Source of the DNA: Candidatus Saccharimonadales bacterium
GTDB taxonomy: Bacteria > Patescibacteriota > Saccharimonadia > Saccharimonadales > UBA10212
Assembly (NCBI GenBank): GCA_035758565.1
Contig: DASTXL010000002.1
Location: 83,118 to 147,117 of the forward strand
Length of the DNA stretch: 64,000 nucleotides
Direction: 5' to 3'
Of the stretch, positions 6,618 through 16,522 are shown piece after piece. The stretch's first letter is position 1; every line of letters starts with the position of its first letter. The notes beneath the pieces are model-generated. The model had not been told where the DNA came from and made no database searches. It worked only from the letters and a program-made list of their open reading frames with translations. A program made the position numbers and the translations under genes.

Positions 6618-7667
6618 CTAAACGGCCAGTCTGTGCCCTAGGCGTTTATCAAGCTCGTTGCTAAGAGATTTGATTACCTCTTTTTCTTTGTATGGATCCT
6701 GAACTACGTGGCGAGCTATAAAAATATGAGCTTGTTTGGGGTATGCTCTTGGCGTAGAAATCCCCTGTTTTTTATTGTTCTTTTTCTTCCGCTTGCCGGT
6801 AGCTGCCGGTTCAGATTTTTTTGGAGGATCTAACCGTTGTCGGGGCAATAAGCCGCCGTCCCAGGCCCGCAAGTAATCAATCTCAATAGGTTCTACTGCG
6901 GCTTTGGCCGCGACTCTGAACAGTCTCCGGCCTAGCTTAATCTTGTCTTCCTCATTAGTACAGGTAAGGAAATCGAGCACCTCGTCTTGGTATTTATGAA
7001 TGTCTGGAATTTTTTGTTTAACCACTTGGTTAATAATTATGTCTTGGACTTTTTTAACATTTTCTACCCAGACTTCGTTGTGAGCCCACATATATTGCCG
7101 CTCGGCTAAGGTGAGCCGCCTTATTACTGGTATAGACGGTCTGACATCCACTGCTTCTGGACCGATGTACCTGGCTGCCATAAGGAGAAGTTTGCCTATT
7201 CGCGCAATCCTAGTCTTTGGGAGCGGCGTCCGTTCGAAATCTTTAGTAAATCTTTTATGCAGTTTTACAGGTACGCGCTGCACCCTGGAGTATCGGAGCG
7301 CTTTGTTTAAGTTGTCGCCCTTTTTCCGGAGTTCGTTTTCGGGGCCGTAAAGGTGGTGTCTGTCTTGACTATCATCCTCTCCTTGTTCTTCACGACTGGT
7401 ACCTTCTTCATCTTTAACCAGCATTTCATTTTGAAATTCTGTCCTATGGCTAGCTGGCACAAACAAAACCAAAGGCATTCCGAGGCTATCCACCGGGAAA
7501 AGTTTTGAATCAATCTCTGCCTGTGTTAACTCTCTGACTATCAAGCTATCATCGTCACTAAAAAGAGCCCGCGGGGGCTCTTCTGGTGAAGTTGAAAAAA
7601 TGGGCTCAAATTGAACCGGCTCTATGGCCGGCGACATGGCAGTGGTGAGCTTTAATTGCTCGGACAT
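6618..7667 (-). CDS. Hypothetical protein (349 aa, acidic N-terminal half, basic patch KRKKKNNKK)
   Basis: Long uninterrupted ORF with background composition. No motif recognised. Confidence 0.55.
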   Translation of the reverse strand: MSEQLKLTTAMSPAIEPVQFEPIFSTSPEEPPRALFSDDDSLIVRELTQAEIDSKLFPVDSLGMPLVLFVPASHRTEFQNEMLVKDEEGTSREEQGEDDSQDRHHLYGPENELRKKGDNLNKALRYSRVQRVPVKLHKRFTKDFERTPLPKTRIARIGKLLLMAARYIGPEAVDVRPSIPVIRRLTLAERQYMWAHNEVWVENVKKVQDIIINQVVKQKIPDIHKYQDEVLDFLTCTNEEDKIKLGRRLFRVAAKAAVEPIEIDYLRAWDGGLLPRQRLDPPKKSEPAATGKRKKKNNKKQGISTPRAYPKQAHIFIARHVVQDPYKEKEVIKSLSNELDKRLGHRLAV

Positions 7668-7868
7668 GAACTTTCTACCATATTTGTTTTACCTCTACGA
7701 CTTAATTCTATTAAGCTCGTGCTTATTTGACAATTATAAAATTTACAATTGTTACTAACCTGTTTTAGGAGTATTGTGAGCTTAGGTTCCTGGTCGCTGG
7801 AGTTTTTTAGCGGAGGAGCTATCGGTCTTAAACAACTAGGCACAGAAGGAGGCTCGGCTTTGAGCGCA

Positions 7869-8438
7869 ATGACAGAATTCGCCGGCCTTCTCTGGTCGCG
7901 AGCAACACCTGCACGTCGTCCGCTCGGACGGCTGCATACCTGGCTGGACAGTCGGCTTCGCCCGCGCAAAGACCTGATCGGCTGGCTGTGGCGCATGTTT
8001 CACAACCGGGAGTGGCAGAAGAGCGCATTGCAGAGTGCCGCCTTCTGGGTGCTGGCCACTTTGGTCATCTCCCGTCTGCTGCACCAGCTCGGTCACGGCT
8101 GGTACGTGAGCGTCGGCGTCAGCTTGGGGATGGACAGCGTTACGTACGCCATCAACAAGCTCTGGATCTGGCGCAAGCGCAATGTCGGCATCAAGAAGAG
8201 CTGCAAACGCAATTTCAGCGCGTGGGCAGCGTTCTTCGCCTTCAACGCCGCACTGGCCTGGATGTTGATGCATCCGGCTGGCGTCGGCACCATGCACGCC
8301 CGCTACATCCTCGGCGCCGTGGGCTTCGTAGCCAACCCGGTGATCTTCACCGTCCGTGACCGGCTGGTCTTCAGCCCGGAGAAGATCCAAGAGGTATTCG
8401 CGGAGTTCCGGCAAATCCTGTTCAAGACCGTGGCGTGA
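7869..8438 (+). CDS. GtrA-like small polytopic membrane protein (high-GC islet 2)
   Basis: Four predicted TM helices and an INKLWIWRKR motif resembling the GtrA-family N-x-x-W-x-F-R box. AAGGAGG lies at 7847-7853. Start candidates are TTG 7860, ATG 7869 or ATG 7995. The track ORF start at 7749 lies in the AT-rich flank. Confidence 0.6.
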   Translation: MTEFAGLLWSRATPARRPLGRLHTWLDSRLRPRKDLIGWLWRMFHNREWQKSALQSAAFWVLATLVISRLLHQLGHGWYVSVGVSLGMDSVTYAINKLWIWRKRNVGIKKSCKRNFSAWAAFFAFNAALAWMLMHPAGVGTMHARYILGAVGFVANPVIFTVRDRLVFSPEKIQEVFAEFRQILFKTVA

Positions 8439-8466
8439 GCCCGGGTCGCTCGCAAGCGATCCGGGC
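8439..8466 (+). terminator. GC-rich hairpin directly after the GtrA-like stop codon
   Basis: GCCCGGGTCGCT (8439-8450), loop CGCA, AGCGATCCGGGC (8455-8466). This is a 12-bp stem with one G-T pair. Confidence 0.55.
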
Positions 8467-8576
8467 CACGTCTCACCCCTGTTTTATAAATCCTAGTCCT
8501 TTATTATTCGTCTGACATGCTTGCCCCGCAGCGATTCCTGAATGTAGAAGAGAATGAATAATTCTATTTCGAAATA

Positions 8577-10814
8577 TCAAGAATCAGTGTCGAGGTCGTC
8601 ATAGACATCGCCTTCGCCGGCCGGAGCTATACCGGCAGGCTCTGGTTCGCTGCTGCCAAATACATCATCAGCACCCGACACCAATACTTCACGCGGTCGG
8701 TTAGTGCCGTCGCTTGGAGCAATTATGCCCCGCTCTTCCATGATGTCCATCAGGCGCGAAGCCCGGCCATAGCCAATGCGCAGTTTGCGCTGTAGCAGGC
8801 TGGTGCTGGCCTTACCAGCGGTGGCTACAACGCCCACGGCGTCTTTGAGCATATCGTCATCGTCGCCGCCGTCCATGCTCGCCACCACGCTGCCCTTGCC
8901 GTTGAGCTGCACTGGTTGAGAGATAACTTCGTCGTCATACTGCGGCGGACGCTGAGCTCGCAAAAAGTCACAAATCTTGCTCGTCTCGGAGTCGCTAATC
9001 AAAGCACCCTGTACACGCTTAGGTTTAGTGAATTCCGGAATGTTAAACAAGGCATCACCTCGGCCAAGCAGCTTTTCGGCACCAACTTGGTCGATAATCG
9101 TCCGGCTATCGACTTGGCTAACCGTAGTAAAGGCGATGCGCGCCGGCACGTTAGCCTTGATCAAACCGGTAATCACGTCCACACTCGGGCGCTGGGTGGC
9201 CACAACCAAGTGGATTCCGGCAGCACGGGCTTTTTGCGCCAAACGCACAATCAAGGCTTCCACATCTCGGGCAGCCATCATCATTAGATCAGCCAGCTCA
9301 TCAATAACTATCACTATATAAGGCATGCCTTCCTCTTTTTTGAGGTCGTTGTACTCGCCGATATTGCGCTTGCCAACTTCAGAAAAGGCTTTAAGTCGGC
9401 GCTCCATTTCGGCCACAGCCCACTTAAGAGCACTGATACATTTCTCTGGCTCGGTAATCACAGGTGCCAGCAGATGTGGAATATCCCGGTAAGGCGCCAT
9501 TTCTACCTGTTTAGGGTCAACCAAGATTAGTTTCATATCAGACGGCGAGTTGCGGTACAGCAAACTGGTTAGAAGCGCATTGATCATAACAGACTTACCC
9601 GAGCCAGTCTGGCCGGCAATAAGAAGGTGCGGCATACGTTCCAGGTCGCCAACGACCGGCAGGCCGGTAATGTCTTTGCCAATTACAAAACTTAAAGACC
9701 CCTTGGAGCCATGCCATTCACTGCTAGAAAGCAGGCCGTGCAAGGTAACGGTAGCCGCCTTGACGTTCGGCACCTCAATACCCACTGCCCTTTTACCCGG
9801 GATTGGTGCTTCCATTCGAATGCTAGTAGCCGCTAGATCCAACGCCAGGTTATTCTCTAAGGCTGTCATGCGGGTCAGCTTAACGCCTGTGGGCGGTTTG
9901 AGCGTGTATTGGGTAACGCGCGGGCCCACATTGGCGCCCTCAACCTCTACGTCGATGTTAAAGTTGGCGTAGGTTTCTTTAATAATCTCGGCGTTACCTT
10001 TAACGTCGCCAGCATCGGCTTTGTCTTGTTTAGAGTTAAGCAATTCTAGGCCCGGGAATTTCCAATCAGGGTCGCTGGCCGTAGTTAAAGCAGCGTGGTC
10101 TTGGGTTGGCGCCAACTTTTCGGCGGTGTTACGCAAAGAAGACATACGTGGCGCCCCGGCTACGGCAGCGTGGTGCTCAACCGGCACTCCTTCATGAAGC
10201 TCGAAGCTCGGTTCCATTTTCTTCTTGAGCTGAGCCAGATCTTCTTCGGCTTCTTTAGGTTCACGCTTAAATAGTTCGGCCAGCTTAAGAATTGCTTTTG
10301 GTTCGATAGAAAACGTAAAGAACACGGCAAAAATACTCAAAATAAAGAACACCAGACTTGCCAAGAACTTGCCAAGCGCTCCGGCTAGAGATTCGCCAAC
10401 AGCTTGTCCCACCTGGCCACCGTGACCGCCGACCCAAGCGCTGGGATCAGGGGCATTAAGGGCTGCATGACTAATAAATAAGGTGTTGAAAAAACTAGCT
10501 GTAAAAACCAACAGCGCTATTGTACCCACCATGTTAGGCAGGGGTATGCGCTGGTCTTCGCTCAAAAACTTCAGTGATCCAAGATAAAGCAAAGCCAAGG
10601 GCAAAATAATAGCGGCGATGCCAAAGGCCCACCAGGCCCCGTGCCATAAGCTATGCGGTAACGGAGCACTGACAAAAGCCCCAAAGGCTAGCACAATAGC
10701 AGCAACTATTAAGGCAACAGCACCAACGCCGCGCCAAAAACCAGAGTTCTTCTTCTCTGCTTTCTTTTTGGCGCCACTACCTTTGGGCCGACCGCGTTTT
10801 GATTTTTTAGCCAT
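8577..10814 (-). CDS. ftsK: DNA translocase FtsK/SpoIIIE
   Basis: N-terminal TM helices, Walker A GQTGSGKS, Walker B VIVIDELADL, C-terminal gamma domain LLQRKLRIGYGRASRLMDIME. Confidence 0.95.
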   Translation of the reverse strand: MAKKSKRGRPKGSGAKKKAEKKNSGFWRGVGAVALIVAAIVLAFGAFVSAPLPHSLWHGAWWAFGIAAIILPLALLYLGSLKFLSEDQRIPLPNMVGTIALLVFTASFFNTLFISHAALNAPDPSAWVGGHGGQVGQAVGESLAGALGKFLASLVFFILSIFAVFFTFSIEPKAILKLAELFKREPKEAEEDLAQLKKKMEPSFELHEGVPVEHHAAVAGAPRMSSLRNTAEKLAPTQDHAALTTASDPDWKFPGLELLNSKQDKADAGDVKGNAEIIKETYANFNIDVEVEGANVGPRVTQYTLKPPTGVKLTRMTALENNLALDLAATSIRMEAPIPGKRAVGIEVPNVKAATVTLHGLLSSSEWHGSKGSLSFVIGKDITGLPVVGDLERMPHLLIAGQTGSGKSVMINALLTSLLYRNSPSDMKLILVDPKQVEMAPYRDIPHLLAPVITEPEKCISALKWAVAEMERRLKAFSEVGKRNIGEYNDLKKEEGMPYIVIVIDELADLMMMAARDVEALIVRLAQKARAAGIHLVVATQRPSVDVITGLIKANVPARIAFTTVSQVDSRTIIDQVGAEKLLGRGDALFNIPEFTKPKRVQGALISDSETSKICDFLRAQRPPQYDDEVISQPVQLNGKGSVVASMDGGDDDDMLKDAVGVVATAGKASTSLLQRKLRIGYGRASRLMDIMEERGIIAPSDGTNRPREVLVSGADDVFGSSEPEPAGIAPAGEGDVYDDLDTDS

Positions 10815-10823
10815 CTTTAAACC

Positions 10824-10829
10824 ATTATA
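10824..10829 (-). promoter_or_regulatory. TATAAT -10 box 9 nt upstream of the ftsK ATG (possible leaderless or very short leader)
   Basis: The minus strand reads GGGTATAATGGTTTAAAGATG. There is no SD between the box and the ATG. Confidence 0.35.
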
Positions 10830-10888
10830 CCCTTAAGCGTTAGGGGATTATAGATCCTAACGTTGTTGTAATTATAACATGTTTACGC

Positions 10889-11047
10889 TTATTCTGTCAA
10901 TGATCTGTCAGAATCGTCCTCAGTCTCCACGACGATTATCTCGACATCAGAACCCGCGGTGCAACCCAAATTACGAAGAAACTCGGGCATTTCTTCCTCG
11001 GGTGTATTATCTACGCCTTCGCCGCGTAAAATTATCTGTCGACCCAT
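10889..11047 (-). CDS. Possible 52-aa acidic small protein
   Basis: Manual translation gives MGRQIILRGEGVDNTPEEEMPEFLRNLGCTAGSDVEIIVVETEDDSDRSLTE. It is below the ORF-track length cutoff and has no family support. Confidence 0.25.
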   Translation of the reverse strand: MGRQIILRGEGVDNTPEEEMPEFLRNLGCTAGSDVEIIVVETEDDSDRSLTE

Positions 11048-11109
11048 AAAGCACTCCTCTTCTGCCGAAGATTATACTTCAACCCTGCGACAGAAGCGAC
11101 GATAGCTCT

Positions 11110-13197
11110 TTAATCGACGCGGGCGTCTTGGTTGAGCAAGCGTTGGCGCATAGCTGCAAATCGGCGCTGTTGCTCTAATGCAATCTCTTCCGGCGTCTTC
11201 TCGCGCTGAGGTTCAGCATTGTCGTTACCTGGCTTGTGCATGTCGTTATTGACCTTTTCTGATCGGCCACCTATGACGTTGACCACCGGAATTACAATTG
11301 GGCTACGTTGAGTTTGCTCGTACAAGAAATGGGTAACGTAATCTTTGAGCTCAGCCTTAAAGCGATCTAGATCAACGCGTTTATAGCGTTGCTGCACTGC
11401 CCTTCTTAGCTCGGCTCTAAAAGCGTTCATCAGCTCCTCAGAGTCCTTCATGTAAATGAAGCCGCGACTGATGATGTCTGGGCTAGTCAGCAATGCGCCG
11501 GTCTTTTTATCTATCGTTAGAACCACGGCTACCAAACCTTCTTCGCTTAGAAGCACGCGGTCTTTTACTACCACGCTAGAGACAATTGAGCCGGTTTGAT
11601 CGACCAACACAGTGCCGCGGGGCACCTGGCCGTCGATTTCCATTTTGTCGCGAGTTATGCAAATAACATCGCCGTTTTCGGCATTTACGCAGTTGGCTCT
11701 TTGCATACCACGCTCTACGGCAATATCGATGTGACGCTTCTTAGAGCGATATGGTCCCCAGATCGGAATAAAGAACTTGGGCTTTAGCATCTCGATAATG
11801 TCGCCGTATTCTTCTTGACTAGAGTGACCAGAAACATGCAGCGGACCAATGTGGTCGATGTCGTGATTACGGTGCTCAAAGACATGCACGCCTTTGCGCA
11901 TTAAATCATCGACCATAACGCCAATTAAGGCATCGTTACCAGATTCTGGAATTGGCGTGCTAGACAGCACAACCGTGTCTTGTTCTTTCAGGCTGACATA
12001 CTTGTGTTCGCCCAAGCTCATGCGGTTCAAGGCTGAGTTGGGCTCGCCCTGCCCGCCAGTACAAACTACGACAACTTCGTTGTCTTTGAGGTTCGGCACA
12101 CTGGCAATCGGCACAAAAGTGCCTTTTGGAATCTTCATGAAACCATTGCGCACCGCCATTTCTAGCGTAGAAATCATACTGCGACCATCAAGCGCGATCT
12201 TGCGATTATGCTTCACTGCGGCGTTAACAATCATCTGAATACGGTTGACGTTGGTCGAGAAGATAGCCACAAAGATGCGGCCCGGCGCTTGTTCCATAAT
12301 ATCTACGAAGCTCTGTTCGATAGTTGATTCACTCGGCGTGCGGCCGGGGCGTTCGGTGGTGGTTGATTCGCTCATCAAGACCAACACGCCCTCACGGGCC
12401 AGTTCTTGCAGGCGTTCGGTGTCAGTGCGCTCGTGATCAAGCGGATTTGGGTCTAGGCGGAAGTCGCCGGTGTTCACCAAACGGCCAACCGGCGTATCGA
12501 CCACAATCATGGTACTGCCTGGGATAGAGTGCGTGACACGCACCAGCTCGATATAAAATTCACCGAGTTTTAGGCGCTCGTGAGTGTCTTCGTTCATGGC
12601 AACGGTTTTAAGTTCAAAGCCTTCTGGCATCGGCAAGCCAAAGTTCTGGAAGATTTCCTCAACTCGGCCAATGGTAAAACGGCTGCCGTAAACCGGTACG
12701 CCCGGGTATTTTGGCAAAATGTGCGGCATACCGCCCATATGATCTAGGTGGCCGTGGCTGATCACGAAACCGCGCAACTTGGATTTGATTTGGTCTAGGT
12801 AGGTGGTGTCAGCAATACCGTAATTGATGCCCGGCAGATCAACGCCGAGGTCGTTGCCACAGTCGATAACGATGGCGTCATTTTGATATTCGATAACCAG
12901 CATATTCTTAGACCCACCGGCGTCGAAACCGCCCAGGCCGATAATCTTGAGCCGGGGACTATCGTCGATAAAGTTAGCCCGGCGCTTAGGCTGATCGCTC
13001 TGCATGTTGCTGGCGTCAGAATACTGGTTGGCAATGCGGTTAGCGTCTTGTACGGCTTGCTTTTGGGCGCGCAGCGCGGCACCGCGGCTAACACTGCGGC
13101 CAGTGGCCGTTACGCCGCCGTTATTGTTACGTGGCGGGCGGTTGTTGCCAGAACGCTGGTTGCCCGGTTTGGGCTTATTGTTACTTTTTGGATTCAT
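11110..13197 (-). CDS. rnj: Ribonuclease J (metallo-beta-lactamase / beta-CASP) with a basic N-terminal extension
   Basis: The HxHxDH motif SHGHLDHMG, the beta-CASP region and the RNase J C-terminal domain are present. The N-terminus is a low-complexity stretch, KPKPGNQRSGNNRPPRNNNGG. Confidence 0.9.
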   Translation of the reverse strand: MNPKSNNKPKPGNQRSGNNRPPRNNNGGVTATGRSVSRGAALRAQKQAVQDANRIANQYSDASNMQSDQPKRRANFIDDSPRLKIIGLGGFDAGGSKNMLVIEYQNDAIVIDCGNDLGVDLPGINYGIADTTYLDQIKSKLRGFVISHGHLDHMGGMPHILPKYPGVPVYGSRFTIGRVEEIFQNFGLPMPEGFELKTVAMNEDTHERLKLGEFYIELVRVTHSIPGSTMIVVDTPVGRLVNTGDFRLDPNPLDHERTDTERLQELAREGVLVLMSESTTTERPGRTPSESTIEQSFVDIMEQAPGRIFVAIFSTNVNRIQMIVNAAVKHNRKIALDGRSMISTLEMAVRNGFMKIPKGTFVPIASVPNLKDNEVVVVCTGGQGEPNSALNRMSLGEHKYVSLKEQDTVVLSSTPIPESGNDALIGVMVDDLMRKGVHVFEHRNHDIDHIGPLHVSGHSSQEEYGDIIEMLKPKFFIPIWGPYRSKKRHIDIAVERGMQRANCVNAENGDVICITRDKMEIDGQVPRGTVLVDQTGSIVSSVVVKDRVLLSEEGLVAVVLTIDKKTGALLTSPDIISRGFIYMKDSEELMNAFRAELRRAVQQRYKRVDLDRFKAELKDYVTHFLYEQTQRSPIVIPVVNVIGGRSEKVNNDMHKPGNDNAEPQREKTPEEIALEQQRRFAAMRQRLLNQDARVD

Positions 13198-13240
13198 TTG
13201 TTGTCCTTTCTTTTCTTTAAGATTTTTAAAATGAATTTCT

Positions 13241-13807
13241 TTAATTAATGGCGGCCAGGACGCGTGGGATACGAGAGAAATCGGTTAACAGCGTCTGGCG
13301 CATACCGCCGTTATAAAGAGCGGCGGCGGGGTGAAAAAGCGGCATATACACTTGGCCGTTGAACCTTTTGGGCTGGCCATGACAGCGGCTTATTACAAGT
13401 CCCGGCAAGAGGCTATCCATGCTGTGGCGGCCAAGGGTGACCACCAGCTTGGGCTTGATAGCGTCTAGCTGGGCCTGCAAGTAAGGCAGAAATGCTTTCT
13501 TTTCTTCCGGCAATGGATCCCGATTGTTCGGTGGCCGGTACTTAACTATGTTGGTAATGTACACGTCTGATCTTTCTAATCCTATGCTTTCAAGCATTTC
13601 GTTTAAGAACTTGCCAGCGGCGCCTACGAAAGGTTTGCCTTGCTCGTCTTCGTTCTTGCCCGGTGCCTCGCCGATAAAAACGATCTCGGCATCCGGGTTG
13701 CCATCGCCAAACACCAACTGAGTAGCTGTAGCCGCTAGTTCCGGACAAATGTTGTTGGCCAGGATTTCTGCTTTGATCTTATCTAGCTCTTGCTGTTTGG
13801 ATGACAT
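13241..13807 (-). CDS. Uracil-DNA glycosylase, family 4
   Basis: GEAPGKNEDEQGKPFVGAAG motif and LFHPAAALY motif. Confidence 0.85.
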   Translation of the reverse strand: MSSKQQELDKIKAEILANNICPELAATATQLVFGDGNPDAEIVFIGEAPGKNEDEQGKPFVGAAGKFLNEMLESIGLERSDVYITNIVKYRPPNNRDPLPEEKKAFLPYLQAQLDAIKPKLVVTLGRHSMDSLLPGLVISRCHGQPKRFNGQVYMPLFHPAAALYNGGMRQTLLTDFSRIPRVLAAIN

Positions 13808-13808
13808 T

Positions 13809-14027
13809 TTAACGATTTGTTGAATAACGGATACCGAGCTCCACTCGCCGAACGGCCAAGGTCAAGCAAAACAATGTAATGGCGTAAAGCAGCAGGTTGC
13901 CGGTATTAATTGCCCAGGAAGCGAATCCGTAGCCGATTAACAGGATGACGATTGCCGCTACAATGTTAAACCACAATTTATGAACTATTAGCTCGTTTTG
14001 CGAACGACGGCTAACTCTTCGTGCCAC
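13809..14027 (-). CDS. Small membrane protein (two TM helices)
   Basis: Hydrophobic segments WFNIVAAIVILLIGYGFASW and LLLYAITLFCLTLAV. It is tightly packed against the UDG gene. Confidence 0.45.
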   Translation of the reverse strand: MARRVSRRSQNELIVHKLWFNIVAAIVILLIGYGFASWAINTGNLLLYAITLFCLTLAVRRVELGIRYSTNR

Positions 14028-14135
14028 TTTACTGCGCCTCCGGCTTTTGAGGACAACCTACGGTACCATCACCCCACAAAGTAAACTTTGCAGGGACCCC
14101 GGTTTTCCTCAACGCACCTTTTGGAATAAATCCAA

Positions 14136-14153
14136 ATCCGGCAATTGCCGGAT
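14136..14153 (-). terminator. Intrinsic terminator after pnp
   Basis: Palindrome ATCCGGCAATTGCCGGAT, followed on the minus strand by TTGGATTTATT. Confidence 0.6.
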
Positions 14154-14193
14154 CGGTGCTACTCTTTTCCCTTGAAATACCCATTCTACCTCC

Positions 14194-16335
14194 CTACTTG
14201 TCTTTGCTTAGCTCGCGGGCAGCGGCCTTCATGGAAAGCTGCAAACGACCACGATCATCTATAGCTACTAGTTTAACAGTAACTTTATCGCCTTCTTTCA
14301 AAACATCACTTGGTTTTTCGACGCGCTCTTCGCGAATCTCGCTTACGTGCACCAAGCCGTCTTTACCCGGCAGTATCTGAACAAAGGCACCAAAGTCCAT
14401 AACATTCACCACTGGAACGTCTTTGTATATATGGCCGACTTCCGGCTCGGCGGTAATGGATTCAATCCACTGGCGGGCAGCATCAATGCTTTTTTTGTCG
14501 GGGCTAGCTATCATAACCGTGCCGTCGTCTTTAATATCGATTTCAGCGCCGGTTTCACCGGTTATTTTCTGGATGGTTTCACCGCCCTTGCCGATCACTT
14601 CGCGAATTTTATCCGGGTTAATAGTCATAGTTTCTACCCGCGGAGCGTACGGGCTCAGTTCTTTACGAGGTTCTGGCAGGGTCTCAAGCATATGCTCTAA
14701 GATTTTAGCTCGGCCTTCCTTGCCCTGCTCTAGGGCGTCTTTGAGTACTTCTACGGGCAAGCCGTGAACCTTCATGTCCATCTGTAGAGCGGTGATGCCC
14801 TTTGAAGTACCGGTGACCTTAAAGTCCATGTCGCCGGCAAAGTCTTCGGCATCGGCAATGTCGCTCAAAATGTAGGCCTTACCGTCTTCGAGCATTAAGC
14901 CCATAGCAATGCCGCTAACTGGCGCTTTAATAGGCACGCCAGCATCCATCAAAGCCAAGCAAGACGAACAGGTAGCCGCCATAGATGTTGAGCCGTTCTG
15001 GCTCATAATTTCGGTTACAGAACGAATAGCATATGGAAATTCGGCTTCGCTTGGCAGTACGGCCGATAGAGCGCGCTCCGCCAAATAACCGTGACCGATT
15101 TCGCGGCGGCCCGGGCTGCCAAGGCGGCGAACTTCGCCAACCGTATAGCCGGGAGCGTTGTAGTGGTGCATGTAACGACGTTCACCGTCGCTTACTTCCA
15201 TGGTGTCTACCAGCTGAGCGTAGCTTAATGGCGCCAAGGTAACAATGTTCATACCCTGCGTCATGCCGCGAGTAAATATGCTAGAACCGTGAGCTCGGGG
15301 CAATAGACCCACCTCGCTGGATAACGGGCGAATTTCGGCAAGCTTACGGCCATCCGGACGAATGCCATCTTCTACGATACCTTGACGAACATCCTTATGA
15401 ATGGCCATCTGCAAGGCTTCGTCGTAGTCGCTCTTTTGATCCTCAAATTCTTCACCTAGTTTCTCGGCAAAGTATTCGCGCATTTGCTCGCGCAGGTCGT
15501 TGACCAACTCATTGCGCTCCGGATAAGGTGCTCGCAGCGGGTGGCCTAATTTGCCTTCGACCCACTTATCAACGGCTTTTTGGACCTCTTCATCGGGCTT
15601 TAGAAGCTCATATTCCTGTGGCTGCACACCGACTGCTTGGCAAAGTTTGTTTTGCAGTTCAATAGCTGGCTGGATAGCAGCGTGAGCGTAAGTCAGAGCC
15701 TCTACGATCTGCTCTTCGCTAACTTCGCGGGCCCCTGCCTCCACCATCATGATGGCATCCTTGGTACCGGCAACAACTAGATCGAGATCGCCGTTATCAA
15801 GCTCTTCACTAGACAAGAAGGCTTGCGGCTTGCCGCCTTTCAAACCAACGCGTACACCGGCTACCGGGCCGTCAAACGGCGCGCCAGTCAGCATAAAGGC
15901 GGTGCTCACGGCAATCATGGCAATAACGTCCGGGCGAAAGTTCGGATCCATAGAAAGTACGGTGGCCACGCCCTGAACTTCGTGACGGTAGCCTTTCGGC
16001 CACAACGGACGGACTGGGCGGTCAATCAGGCGGCCAATCAAAACGGCTTCGTCGCTTGGCCTGCCCTCGCGCTTAATAAAGCGGCTGCCGCTGATTTTGC
16101 CAGCGGCATAAAATTTTTCTTCGTAATCAATGCTTAGCGGGAAGAAATCCAGTCCTTGGACTTTTTCCGGGCTGACCATAGCTGTGCCAAGTACGACAGT
16201 GTCGCCATAAGTCACCAGTACACTGGCGGAAGTTCTAAAACCCACGCGGTTTACTTCAAGGCTGAGTTCACGACCGCAAAAATCGGTACTGACTTTAGTT
16301 ATTTTTTTACCATACGGGTTGATTATTTCACCCAT
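14194..16335 (-). CDS. pnp: Polyribonucleotide nucleotidyltransferase (PNPase)
   Basis: Two RNase PH domains, KH (IGKGGETIQKI) and S1 (VMDFGAFVQILPGKDGLVHVSEI). Confidence 0.97.
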   Translation of the reverse strand: MGEIINPYGKKITKVSTDFCGRELSLEVNRVGFRTSASVLVTYGDTVVLGTAMVSPEKVQGLDFFPLSIDYEEKFYAAGKISGSRFIKREGRPSDEAVLIGRLIDRPVRPLWPKGYRHEVQGVATVLSMDPNFRPDVIAMIAVSTAFMLTGAPFDGPVAGVRVGLKGGKPQAFLSSEELDNGDLDLVVAGTKDAIMMVEAGAREVSEEQIVEALTYAHAAIQPAIELQNKLCQAVGVQPQEYELLKPDEEVQKAVDKWVEGKLGHPLRAPYPERNELVNDLREQMREYFAEKLGEEFEDQKSDYDEALQMAIHKDVRQGIVEDGIRPDGRKLAEIRPLSSEVGLLPRAHGSSIFTRGMTQGMNIVTLAPLSYAQLVDTMEVSDGERRYMHHYNAPGYTVGEVRRLGSPGRREIGHGYLAERALSAVLPSEAEFPYAIRSVTEIMSQNGSTSMAATCSSCLALMDAGVPIKAPVSGIAMGLMLEDGKAYILSDIADAEDFAGDMDFKVTGTSKGITALQMDMKVHGLPVEVLKDALEQGKEGRAKILEHMLETLPEPRKELSPYAPRVETMTINPDKIREVIGKGGETIQKITGETGAEIDIKDDGTVMIASPDKKSIDAARQWIESITAEPEVGHIYKDVPVVNVMDFGAFVQILPGKDGLVHVSEIREERVEKPSDVLKEGDKVTVKLVAIDDRGRLQLSMKAAARELSKDK

Positions 16336-16522
16336 AAATTAGAGAGTTTCCTTTCTGGCTTCGCGTTCAGAGGGCAAATATATGGCTGCTTGTGCAGATC
16401 CTGTCATATATCTGAATCTCTGCCGCGAAACTTACTTTATTGGTCCTCACAGATTTTAACTTGTGGGGTTACTTAATGTGCACAAGCTTGTCCGCCAACT
16501 GGCGGATTAGAGTCTGGGCACT

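Noticed and set aside
7652-8414. ORFs 7652-7996 (-), 7828-8028 (-), 7836-8414 (-), 7988-8359 (+) and 8093-8293 (-) overlapping the GtrA-like gene
   Set aside because: These are high-GC frame artefacts. Only the 7869-8438 frame gives a four-TM membrane protein preceded by an SD and followed by a hairpin.
16336-16522. Possible novel ncRNA in the 187-nt rpsO-pnp spacer
   Set aside because: Hairpins here (for example TCCGCCAGTTGGCGGA) fit the well-known rpsO terminator and pnp autoregulatory leader arrangement. Nothing is unusual enough to claim more.
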